Virus record (IMG/VR): IMGVR_UViG_3300030010_000003
Strand: one strand, 5' to 3'
Source: an uncultured virus (IMG/VR IMGVR_UViG_3300030010_000003)
Lineage: Duplodnaviria > Heunggongvirae > Uroviricota > Caudoviricetes
Length of the DNA: 64,000 nt
Position 1 is the stretch's first letter. Each line of letters opens with the position of its first letter. The notes below the pieces were generated by a model. It was not told where the DNA came from. It did not search any database and saw nothing but the letters and a program-made list of their open reading frames with translations. Below, piece by piece: positions 27,501 to 35,122 of this stretch. A program made the position numbers and the translations under genes.

Positions 27501-28919
27501 GGAGAAGAAGGACTCCTGCACGGTCCTCTTGACCTTGGTCCACGCCTTGTCCATGGCGAGGATCGCCTCGACGAACTTGCGAGCCGAGGGGGAGAGCTTG
27601 GCCAGTGCGGCGGCGAGCGCGTTGTTGGCGGAGGCCCCACCACCGGAGGCCTTGGCGTCGCCCTTCTTGGCGTTGATCAGCGCGATCTGTGCGTCCCGCT
27701 GAGCCCAGATGGCATCGGTCAGGGCACGCTGGGCCATGATGACCGCCCGGTCACCCTTCATGCCCTTCTTCTTCATGTCCTTCAGGTCATCCTGAAGTTT
27801 CGCGTTGTTGTCCTTGGCCTTCTGCTCGGCGGTCTTGGCGTCCTCGACGGCTGCCTGCGCGGCCATCTTCTCGGCCTTGGTCGAGTTCGGGTCGGCCAAG
27901 ATCCGAGCGAGGTTCTTCTCCGCGTTCTCCCGCTGGGCGGTGAGGCGCTTCTCCGAGGCAGCTGCATCCTTGGCGGTCTGCTCCAGATCCTTCAGCCTCT
28001 GGAGGTAGTCCTTGCGGGCGTCGGCGAGATCCTCTTCAGCCCACTTCAGGTTCTCCGTGGCGCGGCGCAGGTTCTCCCGGGCGCGGGCGACCTTCTCGGC
28101 CTGCGAGATCTCGGCCTGTGAGCTTCCACCGCCGCCTCCGCCACCCCCACCTGAGGCTCCAGCCTTCTTCGCTGCCTTGAAGGCCGAGAACACCCCTCCG
28201 ATGCCGCTGAAGGCCACCTTGAGGGCCCCGACGATGGAGAGCAGGGAGAACAGTGCCGGGATGGCTGCGAGGGCCGCTCCGGCGACCTGACCGAGGCTGG
28301 AGGCCAGCCCGATGCCCGCGCCGCCCAGTGCGCCGATGCCTGCCACCAGAGGGTTCATCAGGGACAGCAGGCCAGCGATGATCGGGACCAACGCGATGAA
28401 AGGCGGCGTCAGCTTGGGTCGCCACTTGCCGAGCTTGTCGAAGCCGTTGTTGATCTTCTCGACCCACGGGACCGCGCGCTGCACCCCGCGCTGGAAGTTG
28501 GTCATCTTGGAGGCTGCCGGAGTCAGCGCCGCCCCGACGCGCTCGGTCTCGGTGGCCATCCTCCGCGCCTCACCAGCGTGCTTGGAGATCGTGGAGGTGG
28601 CGCTCTTGAGGACGGTGTCAGCCTTCGAGGTGGCATTCCCGAGGGCGCTCGCAGCAGCTCCACCCTCCTTGAGGACGGTGTTGTGATCCCGGTGCGCGTT
28701 GGCACTCTCGTGCACGGCGTTGGTGTCGTTGCTGATGGCCTTGGTGTGGCCCTGCGTGGCCGCTGTGGACGCCTTGGCCCCCGAGACGGACGCGGCGTTG
28801 AGGCCAGCCTCCTCGGCCTTCAGAGCCGCGATCTCAGCCTTGGCCTTGCGTGCCTCCCGGGCAACAGCGGAGAAGTCGGCAATGGCCTTGTAGATGACCC
28901 GAGTCTCGTTCTCAGCCAT
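24504..28919 (-). CDS. Tape measure protein
   Basis: 1471 aa, Ala/Gly-rich helical, periodic W/F repeats, C-terminal DTVAARLTPGEFVV; follows the chaperone genes. Confidence 0.92.
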   Translation of the reverse strand: MAENETRVIYKAIADFSAVAREARKAKAEIAALKAEEAGLNAASVSGAKASTAATQGHTKAISNDTNAVHESANAHRDHNTVLKEGGAAASALGNATSKADTVLKSATSTISKHAGEARRMATETERVGAALTPAASKMTNFQRGVQRAVPWVEKINNGFDKLGKWRPKLTPPFIALVPIIAGLLSLMNPLVAGIGALGGAGIGLASSLGQVAGAALAAIPALFSLLSIVGALKVAFSGIGGVFSAFKAAKKAGASGGGGGGGGGSSQAEISQAEKVARARENLRRATENLKWAEEDLADARKDYLQRLKDLEQTAKDAAASEKRLTAQRENAEKNLARILADPNSTKAEKMAAQAAVEDAKTAEQKAKDNNAKLQDDLKDMKKKGMKGDRAVIMAQRALTDAIWAQRDAQIALINAKKGDAKASGGGASANNALAAALAKLSPSARKFVEAILAMDKAWTKVKRTVQESFFSKIVNDTGKLRSMLPTIQSLLSDTAGALGDVAHEFIGMISSPEWKSDLILLGKQNVPLIHAIGGGLNVLWGVFKDLTVIAMPFLIELAKGFKKGAENIAAMVKEARKSGSLSKWLMGDKETGSKGVLGTLRQWWQIIKNIAKTLFNFAKAAEAFGGWITDGIQKTTEGWLASSEAATKKGSPFKKWLEDIKPLLSEISRMFGTFFKWFGKQAADPKNIKQMTEIFKKITDDLGPKLASLFDALSKANIGPKFVDSLIKIVDLITTLVDGPGTAVFFDTLNGLLDILLTVIKMPVIGPVLQMLIGAAAAIGAMSFVAKFTGLENLIGWLIKLYKTGGILKFFESLKTVLMKLFGITGKRYTGLSFIKAMFYGIADGAKFLFGKLGKLFGLFKGLPKLLSGLKGFKWLGSLLDGFKVLLSGGGLKGFSTLIKGFGSLKGFASILKGAGGPLAAIASILGTIVGDVISNNAPEGKDGSGQRLGGNTLSGAATGAGIGGSVGLLFGGIGAVPGAIIGGLIGALVGFFGSAKEDIDQFFTDFVKGWNEFWGTTLPKWWNDLTGGISKWFGDFGKLWDEYWGVQVPKFWNDLTGGISKWFGDFGKLWDEYWGVQVPKFWNDLGAGATKWFDDLGTSWTDFWTKTFPYWAGYALGATVKWFEGIGPAWTTFWTETFPKWVTSATLAVGQWFAGIGAAWTTFWTVTFPLWVTQASAAVTQWFAGIGVAWTTFWTVTFPAWISSASAAVRSWISSIGPAWNNFWAVTFPKWLANAKAQIQKWVSGIGPMWDKFWNVTLPGFGRDLAKIATDFVDSVSTAWGRWWDGVKNTIGKWWTDFWGNAGAGFGAGHGDGTQTPHNGGEIHRAGGGGVPGHGNSDTVAARLTPGEFVVRKGIVDRVGIDNLVKLNSGVMSYAQLLAAAASSSRKPKDGGSQLVFNGGGLVPTMAPTNSPGGGRGPSFGGGGNTTVNSVTFGDVIIQNPVPERATNSLTTKTQQLAHLGLNAGDFK
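25656..25847. repeat. Perfect 90-bp tandem repeat (about 2.1 copies) in the tape measure gene
   Basis: Encodes WNDLTGGISKWFGDFGKLWDEYWGVQVPKF twice, identical at DNA level. Confidence 0.9.
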
Positions 28920-28937
28920 TGCCCACCTCCTTTGTGC

Positions 28938-29498
28938 CTAGAGCATCTTTCCCCGCTGGTCGAGGCCCCCTACCATGCCCCGGAGCCTCTCGAAGGACCC
29001 GTTGCTGTTCTTCGCTAGTGCCCGAGCGATGGCCTCGTTCGGATCGATGTCAGGTGCCTTGCCGTTCTCTGTCGGAACAGAGGGTGAGGTCTGCCTGTCG
29101 GGAGTGGCCCCGAGCATTGCGGCCTCGATGTCGTCGTACGCGAGGGACCCTGCCTGAGCCAGAGGCTCCTTCTTGTCCTTCGCATCCGCCATGTATCCGT
29201 TGACGATGAACCCCGCGAGGTTCCGTGCCAGCCATGAGAAGCGGCCATCCTCATCTCGTTTCTGGAAGAAGCGCCGCTGCTGGATGGCTGCGGTGATCTG
29301 CCGGAAGCGTGCGAGGGGAAGCTCCCAGATGACCTCGTCGGCCCAGCCGTACTCCGCCGACACGAGGTCGAAGGCAGCTGAGAACCCACCGAGGAGGCCA
29401 TCGGGGTCTAGGACCGCGAGCTTCTCTTCGAGGATGCGCCCTGCTTCGCGACTGCGCTCGTCTGCTGGACCTTCAGCAGAAGAGCTAGACGTTTTCCC
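28938..29498 (-). CDS. Tail assembly chaperone, -1 frameshift extension (gpGT-like)
   Basis: The -1 frame is open from the slippery site GGGAAAA (29498-29492) through VSAEYGW to the stop at 28938. Confidence 0.85.
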   Translation of the reverse strand, partial: GKTSSSSAEGPADERSREAGRILEEKLAVLDPDGLLGGFSAAFDLVSAEYGWADEVIWELPLARFRQITAAIQQRRFFQKRDEDGRFSWLARNLAGFIVNGYMADAKDKKEPLAQAGSLAYDDIEAAMLGATPDRQTSPSVPTENGKAPDIDPNEAIARALAKNSNGSFERLRGMVGGLDQRGKML

Positions 29499-29941
29499 AG
29501 TGCCACGATGTGGGGTGCCTCGACCTTGATGATCTGCTCCAAGATGGTGACGAGGTCATCGATCTCCGGGTCAACCAGCTCCAGACGAAGCTCGGCTTCG
29601 GCCTGCTCGTTCTCGGCCTTCTCGATGGCAGTCAGGCGGGCCCCGTCGTGGAGACCTGCCGGGAAGACCATCCGGTTGATGAACTCGACGGCCTCGTCCT
29701 CCGCCTCCGGGATGGCGATGATGACCGCCCCCAGCAGCTGGCCGGTGAACGCCTCGGTGGAGGTGTTCGGGTCGAAGCTCAGGGTGGGCAAGACCTCCGA
29801 TGCGCCTCGGGTGAGGATCTTCAGCAGGGACATCAGGGCCCGCGTCTTGAGACGCTCGACCTTGATCTGGGTGCCGGACACCAAAGCCACCGGGGTTGCC
29901 TCCGGTGCCAAGGTGTCGATGTCAGTGTTTCCGGTCGTCAT
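29408..29941 (-). CDS. Tail assembly chaperone (gpG-like)
   Basis: Between major tail and tape measure; contains G GGA AAA at LGK. Confidence 0.85.
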   Translation of the reverse strand: MTTGNTDIDTLAPEATPVALVSGTQIKVERLKTRALMSLLKILTRGASEVLPTLSFDPNTSTEAFTGQLLGAVIIAIPEAEDEAVEFINRMVFPAGLHDGARLTAIEKAENEQAEAELRLELVDPEIDDLVTILEQIIKVEAPHIVALGKRLALLLKVQQTSAVAKQGASSKRSSRS

Positions 29942-29986
29942 GCGACTCTCTCTCCTACTTAGTTGTTTTTGGAATCAGCTCCAGCG

Positions 29987-30565
29987 TCAGAGCGGACGGC
30001 TCAGCAGGTGTCCGATGCGCTTGGTCGGCTGGCCGGTGCGGCTGTCGAGGACCGGGTTGCCCTTCTCGTCGGTCGAGGAGAACAGTGCGGAACCGTTGTA
30101 GTTCAGCAGCAGGCCTTCCTTGTACGACGGGCCGTCAAAGCTGAAGGGCTGGAACTGGACCTTGTAGAGCACGAAGTCCAGCAGGCGCACGACACCGTCG
30201 GCGTCCTTGGACGGCACCCGCACGACCATCGGTCGCGGCTTGGTGTTCATCGTGTTCTCTTCCCACAGGGGGAGAGTGAAGGTCTGGTTCGCGCCCGTGC
30301 CGGAGCTGGCCACGACCGAGCCGGAGATCAGCGACAGGGTCTGGAACGGGATGTAGCCGCCCTGCACCGTCACGTTGACCTTGTTGGCCCAGTACCACGT
30401 CGACAGGATGGTGTCGTCGCCGGTGTTGTCGTAGCTGTCCTGATCAAGCTCCATGGAGCCAGACCGGATGCCGTAGATGTCACCAAACTCCTCTTCGAGA
30501 CCGGTGGCCCCGTCAAGGATGGCGGCGTGAGAGATGCTGAAACCCTCAACTGTCGGGTTGCCCAT
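29987..30565 (-). CDS. Major tail (tube) protein
   Basis: Position before the chaperones; beta-rich, GDD motif; has its own promoter motif and RBS. Confidence 0.8.
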   Translation of the reverse strand: MGNPTVEGFSISHAAILDGATGLEEEFGDIYGIRSGSMELDQDSYDNTGDDTILSTWYWANKVNVTVQGGYIPFQTLSLISGSVVASSGTGANQTFTLPLWEENTMNTKPRPMVVRVPSKDADGVVRLLDFVLYKVQFQPFSFDGPSYKEGLLLNYNGSALFSSTDEKGNPVLDSRTGQPTKRIGHLLSRPL

Positions 30566-30624
30566 GGTCGATCTCCTTCAGAACGAGTTGGCAAGTGAAC
30601 AGGTTCGAGTTCTTGCCTACCTCT

Positions 30625-30635
30625 GAAGATCGGCC
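30625..30635 (-). promoter_or_regulatory. Late-class promoter motif GGCCGATCTTC
   Basis: Exact repeated motif upstream of the major tail gene. Confidence 0.75.
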
Positions 30636-30642
30636 TCAGCCC

Positions 30643-30867
30643 TCAGGGCTGGTAGACGGCCTCCGACTCCACCAGATCGCCGATCAGGTTGAACCGGTGG
30701 AGCACTCGCAGCACCGGCTTCCCCTCCCGCCGCATGGTCTTCTTGCAGTCATCACAGGACAGCTCCACGAGGTTGCCGTCCACGATCTTGGGGTGTCCTC
30801 CGGCCACAACGGTCTTGGCCAGCAGGCGGCGTGGTCCCACTGGGCAGCGAAGCTCAACGATCTGCAT
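30643..30867 (-). CDS. Small Com-like zinc-ribbon protein
   Basis: ELRCPVGPRRLLAK...VELSCDDCK. Confidence 0.55.
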   Translation of the reverse strand: MQIVELRCPVGPRRLLAKTVVAGGHPKIVDGNLVELSCDDCKKTMRREGKPVLRVLHRFNLIGDLVESEAVYQP

Positions 30868-32014
30868 GTTCGCTTCTCGCGATCTGGGCCAAGGTCCACA
30901 GGCGTTCGCCCTGAGCGGCGGGGAGGTTGTCCTTGAGCTTCAGGAAGAGCTTCGCCACGACGGCATCCCAGCTGTGTGCCTGCGGGATGATGCGGGCAGC
31001 CAGCTCGCCCTTCTCGTGGGCCTCGTTGCGGTGCTGGAAGACGTGGATCATCAGCCGGGCGAGGTCTTCGATGGACGCCCGAGCGTTGAACGTTTCTGGA
31101 AAATCAGAGCTGACCGGCTCCAGCGTGTAGGCCAGCGGGTAGGAGTAGGCAGGGTCGAGCCACTGGGTGTGGCCTGCCCAGTTGGTGGCGATGACCGTGC
31201 CTCCGGTGCTCATGAACTCCAGCGCCGGGACGTTCTTGCCCTCACCCCGGGACGGGGCCAGCAGGCAGTGCTGGACCTTGTAGAACTGGCGGACCACCTC
31301 GGTCGGCCAGATGTCGTAGAAGATCCGCAGGGAGGAGAACTCGTCACCGGTCTCCGGGTCGATGTCCCGGTACAGGTCCTCGATCTTGTGGTGCAGGCCG
31401 GGGGCAGTGGTCTTCAGGCTGAGCCGGGCCCAGCGCCAGAACTCCGCGTCCATGGTGCGCGCGAGCCGGAACGCCTCGATGGTGCGGAAGGGATCCTTGC
31501 GCTCGCTGAGCACACCGATCTGGGCGAAGTGGAACTCCTTGGTGTCCCACTCCCGGTCGAACATGTGGGGCCACTCGGCGGGGTCGAAGCCGCCCTGAAG
31601 GACGAACAGCGGGCCGTCGAAGTAGGGCCGGAAGCAGTCCGGGTCGACGTCGGAGTAGCCGATGAAGGCGTCGAAGTTCTTCAGCCGCTTGCGCAGGTCC
31701 TTGCGAGACTTCTTGGCGAGGTTGAGCAGGTTGGAGTACTCCCACATGGTCCATGCGACCTTGACCGCTGCGTGGGGTACGACCTCGTCGGGGCACTGGA
31801 GGTTGGCCGGGTCGACGTGGTTGATGTAGAGGTCGAACGGAGCGGCCAGCTCCTTGGTCAGCAGGTTGGCCACGTCCTGCGGGAGGGGGGCGTCCACTGA
31901 GGTGGCCTGTAGGTAGACGTCGGCTCCGGCGCGCATCAATGCCTGCGCCAGTCCGATCCCATCGTTGCCATAGCCGGAGTACCGACTCATCGGTGTGCGG
32001 AGCAACACCTTCAT
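30854..32014 (-). CDS. GT-B (GT4-like) glycosyltransferase
   Basis: SGYGN, YTMWE-like WTMWE, SERKD, LAPSRGEGKNVPALEFMSTGGTVIATNWAG, HSWDAV. Confidence 0.88.
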   Translation of the reverse strand: MKVLLRTPMSRYSGYGNDGIGLAQALMRAGADVYLQATSVDAPLPQDVANLLTKELAAPFDLYINHVDPANLQCPDEVVPHAAVKVAWTMWEYSNLLNLAKKSRKDLRKRLKNFDAFIGYSDVDPDCFRPYFDGPLFVLQGGFDPAEWPHMFDREWDTKEFHFAQIGVLSERKDPFRTIEAFRLARTMDAEFWRWARLSLKTTAPGLHHKIEDLYRDIDPETGDEFSSLRIFYDIWPTEVVRQFYKVQHCLLAPSRGEGKNVPALEFMSTGGTVIATNWAGHTQWLDPAYSYPLAYTLEPVSSDFPETFNARASIEDLARLMIHVFQHRNEAHEKGELAARIIPQAHSWDAVVAKLFLKLKDNLPAAQGERLWTLAQIARSEHADR

Positions 32015-32050
32015 CTTGGACCTCCTTGGGTCTCTCTTTTTGGAAACTGC

Positions 32051-32560
32051 TTAGGGTACGTTCACGCCGTAGGTCATGCGGCCCATGTAGGCCCCGTCGG
32101 TGTCCCGGATGGGAGACAGGGTGGGTCCGTCCACGCGGTGGCTCCCAGCGACCACCACGCCCGTCTTGGAGGCCACCTGATCGGTGGTGCCCCAGATGTA
32201 TGGCATCCCCTGCCGGGTGCCTGCGTCGGTGAGGTGCAGGTGCTTGTCGAGGAGCTTCTGGATGCGCTCGATCTTGGACTTGGCGTCGTTGACCTTGACC
32301 GAGCGGTCCTCGTTGCGGGTGGGGTCGGCCCAGATGTCGATGTAGACCCGGGGGAAGCGCATCGTGTTGTGGTCGTTGGGGGACGTCCACGTGCCGTCCT
32401 CATTGATCACGAGCAGGCACTTGCCGGTGTTCTCCACCTTCACGTTGATCGGGTTCTCGTCGAAGATCCACGTGTCCCAGCTGATCGAGCGGCCCAGCAG
32501 CTCCCGCAGCCCAGCGTCCTGCGCGAGGTAGTTGCGGATGGCCAGAGAGAGGTCGGTCAT
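32051..32560 (-). CDS. Tail terminator-like protein
   Basis: MTDLSLAIRNYL..RVYIDIWA; position in the neck module. Confidence 0.6.
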   Translation of the reverse strand: MTDLSLAIRNYLAQDAGLRELLGRSISWDTWIFDENPINVKVENTGKCLLVINEDGTWTSPNDHNTMRFPRVYIDIWADPTRNEDRSVKVNDAKSKIERIQKLLDKHLHLTDAGTRQGMPYIWGTTDQVASKTGVVVAGSHRVDGPTLSPIRDTDGAYMGRMTYGVNVP

Positions 32561-33042
32561 TTCCGGAGTCCTTCCAAGTATCGGAGCGCGGACTGAATCC
32601 TGCTCACTGAGTCCCGGAAAGCCCCCAGTCCGGTATTGCACGAGTAGCACAGTAGGCCTCGAACACAGGCCCCACAGGAACGCTCTCCGGGGCAACAGGA
32701 ATGGTCATGATCTACTGCCAACCGACGGGGAAGGCCGGTCTTCTGGTGGACGGCTGTCTCCGGCTCCTTACAGACCGCACAGCACCCGTTCTGGGATTCG
32801 AGCAGCGCGTCGTACTGGGCAGGGGTGAGGCCGTACTTGGAGAGCAGGTGGTATCCGTGGAGGTAGTCAGGGTTGCCCCTGCGCCACTTGGCATGAGTCT
32901 CCGCCGTGGCCTCTCGCGTGCTCTCGTACTGAGCCGATGACCTCCTGTTGCAACAGCTGATGCACTCAGCTCGGTAGCCCTTGCGGTACTTGTAGAACTC
33001 GGTCAGGTCCTTGACCGCACCACACATGGTGCAGCGCTTCAC
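32557..33042 (-). CDS. Endonuclease VII-family homing endonuclease
   Basis: KRCTMC..EFY..CISC; KYGLTPAQYDALLESQNGCCAVC..LAVDHDH..VRGLLCYSCNTGLG. Confidence 0.9.
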   Translation of the reverse strand: MKRCTMCGAVKDLTEFYKYRKGYRAECISCCNRRSSAQYESTREATAETHAKWRRGNPDYLHGYHLLSKYGLTPAQYDALLESQNGCCAVCKEPETAVHQKTGLPRRLAVDHDHSCCPGERSCGACVRGLLCYSCNTGLGAFRDSVSRIQSALRYLEGLRK

Positions 33043-33416
33043 TTCCGGAGTCCTTCCAGCATCGCTTCCACCCACAGGGGGTGCAAGTCAGCCAATGGTC
33101 TCATAAAGTCGTGGTCGCCACGGGCTGCGGACTTCCCCACCCAGTGGGTGCCCCGGCGCTTCTCGTAGATGGCGTAGTCGACCGGGCCAGCTCCGCCGTA
33201 CTGGATCTCACCCTCCCACGTCTCTCCGCCTCCTGAGACTGAGATCTTGCCGGACGCCTTCAGGGCTCCGGACTCCACGTGGACAGCGGCCTGAGTCTGG
33301 GCGAAGCCGAAGTCGAGCACAGCGTGCAGTGCCGCCTTGGCCTTCATGGTGGGCATCATCATGAGGCGGTCCAGCTCGCGCTCCACGTCGGACCAGTCGG
33401 TGGTGACCTCGATCAT
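33039..33416 (-). CDS. Tail completion/neck protein (HK97 gp10-like)
   Basis: VHVESGALKASG, DYAIYE, HDFMRP. Confidence 0.65.
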   Translation of the reverse strand: MIEVTTDWSDVERELDRLMMMPTMKAKAALHAVLDFGFAQTQAAVHVESGALKASGKISVSGGGETWEGEIQYGGAGPVDYAIYEKRRGTHWVGKSAARGDHDFMRPLADLHPLWVEAMLEGLRK

Positions 33417-33865
33417 GGGACGAAGTCCTCAATGGGCTCTTCGGACGGCCAGTTCTCGCCGGTCAGCTCCTGACCGGTCTCGATGATCTGGACCTCGATG
33501 TGGTGCCTGTCGGCGAAGGCCACGACCTCGTCAGGGATCGAGCGGATCTCGAAGGTGCCAGCCACCGGGATCGCTCCGCGCTCGTTGGGGATGGTCACGA
33601 TGCGGTCCCCGGCCCTGATGGGGGCGTAGGGGCCTGTGAGCATCACGCCCACCCGGTCGGGTGCCTTGCCCGCGACCATGGCAGGGAGTGCGTCCTTGCC
33701 CTCGCGGATGAAGTTCATGTCGAGTCGGCACCGCAGGAACTGGAGAGCGTCGTTGATCGCCGGGTCCGGGTCGGTGGCCTGCGAGTAGGCCATGGTGGCG
33801 ACACCGTCGTCAACGGTCAGCGTGAGTCGCTCGACCCGCACTGCGGAGTTGAACAGGTGCTCCAC
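33413..33865 (-). CDS. Head-to-tail stopper
   Basis: IRAGDRIV, FEI, HHIEV; synteny. Confidence 0.65.
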   Translation of the reverse strand: MEHLFNSAVRVERLTLTVDDGVATMAYSQATDPDPAINDALQFLRCRLDMNFIREGKDALPAMVAGKAPDRVGVMLTGPYAPIRAGDRIVTIPNERGAIPVAGTFEIRSIPDEVVAFADRHHIEVQIIETGQELTGENWPSEEPIEDFVP

Positions 33866-33869
33866 GTCG

Positions 33870-34409
33870 TCACACCCCTTCGACGATCACCAAGGCGTTG
33901 GGGTCCCAGCCGAAGGTGGTCGAGAGGCGGCGGTCCACGGGGGACAGGTACTCCACGTTTCCGGAAAGGTGTCCGGCGATGAAGGTGCCGTCGTGCTCGA
34001 ACATCTCGATGCCGCCCCGCTGGAAGTCCCCGCTCGCGCGGTCACAGACCGACAGCTGGCCGACGGCCATGTCGAACCACATGATGCCGGTCTCCAGCCC
34101 CTTCTGGGCAGCCTGAGCCACCTTCGAGTAGGAGTAGGAGCCGATGGACTCGGAGTTGAACGGGGAGGCCTTGGCAGCCTGATACGGAGCGGAGAGGTGG
34201 ATGGCGTCGGCCATGGAGATGATCGCGAAGTCAACCAGCTGCTGCTGGTCAGCCGTCAGCAGCTCGGGGTCGAAGATGCAGGTCCCGATCTTGAACAGCA
34301 GCATGGCCTGAGGGATGGCGGAGGAGGCGATGAACGTTTCAGGAAATGAGGCTGCGGGCCTGCCTGTGAACGCCGCGATCATCTCCCGGTCGTAGGTCTT
34401 GTATGCCAT
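33870..34409 (-). CDS. Head-to-tail adaptor
   Basis: SESIGSYSYS motif typical of adaptors. Confidence 0.7.
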   Translation of the reverse strand: MAYKTYDREMIAAFTGRPAASFPETFIASSAIPQAMLLFKIGTCIFDPELLTADQQQLVDFAIISMADAIHLSAPYQAAKASPFNSESIGSYSYSKVAQAAQKGLETGIMWFDMAVGQLSVCDRASGDFQRGGIEMFEHDGTFIAGHLSGNVEYLSPVDRRLSTTFGWDPNALVIVEGV

Positions 34410-34427
34410 CCCTCAGGTTCCCTTCTG

Positions 34428-35030
34428 TCAGGCTCGCGGCAGCGGGACTGCCCGGCCACGCCGAGCATCCTGAGCGACCATGTCGTCATCGAACGTCTCG
34501 CCGGGGAAGGCCACGAACGGCCCCGGGCTGAAGTAGTGCTTGCCCCAGCGGCGGATCTGGGCGTTGGGGTCGTTGGCGAGATCGAGCCACGACTTGCCGG
34601 TGCGGTCCTGCGTGCGCTTGAAGGCGTCGCCGCCGATCTCGAACTCCAGCTCCTGACCCCGGTACCAGTTCTCGCCGAAGGCCACGAAGCCGTCGTAGAC
34701 GAAGTGGATCACGAACTTCTCGCCGTCCCCGGCCTTGGCGTACTGGGTCGGGGAGTTCTCAGCGATGATGGCGTTGCGCTTGGCCATCTTGTCCTCAAGC
34801 TCCTTGATCCGGAGCTGAGCTGCGGTCAGCTCGACCGGCTCTTCCACGACGTCGAAGGAAGGCATCGGGGCGGAGAGCATGGCCTCCAGCTCGCGGATGC
34901 GGGCCTCTTCCGGGTCCTCGGGAGCCGTGTCTGCCGGTGCCTCAGTGACCGGCGTGTCGTCGGCTGTGAGGTCGAGCAGGTCGTCGAAGTTGTCCACCAG
35001 TGCGTCCGTTGGCTTCTTGGGGTCAGCCAT
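34428..35030 (-). CDS. Hypothetical late protein
   Basis: GGAGG RBS; late promoter motif upstream. Confidence 0.7.
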   Translation of the reverse strand: MADPKKPTDALVDNFDDLLDLTADDTPVTEAPADTAPEDPEEARIRELEAMLSAPMPSFDVVEEPVELTAAQLRIKELEDKMAKRNAIIAENSPTQYAKAGDGEKFVIHFVYDGFVAFGENWYRGQELEFEIGGDAFKRTQDRTGKSWLDLANDPNAQIRRWGKHYFSPGPFVAFPGETFDDDMVAQDARRGRAVPLPRA

Positions 35031-35057
35031 TGTTGTTGCCCTCCCGGGGTCTCTATT

Positions 35058-35068
35058 GAAGATCGGCC
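35058..35068 (-). promoter_or_regulatory. Late-class promoter motif GGCCGATCTTC
   Basis: Exact copy, intergenic. Confidence 0.75.
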
Positions 35069-35122
35069 TGTAACCGCTTGGGACAATGGTACCGGAGTCC
35101 CTACCTTGGCGCACACAGCGAC

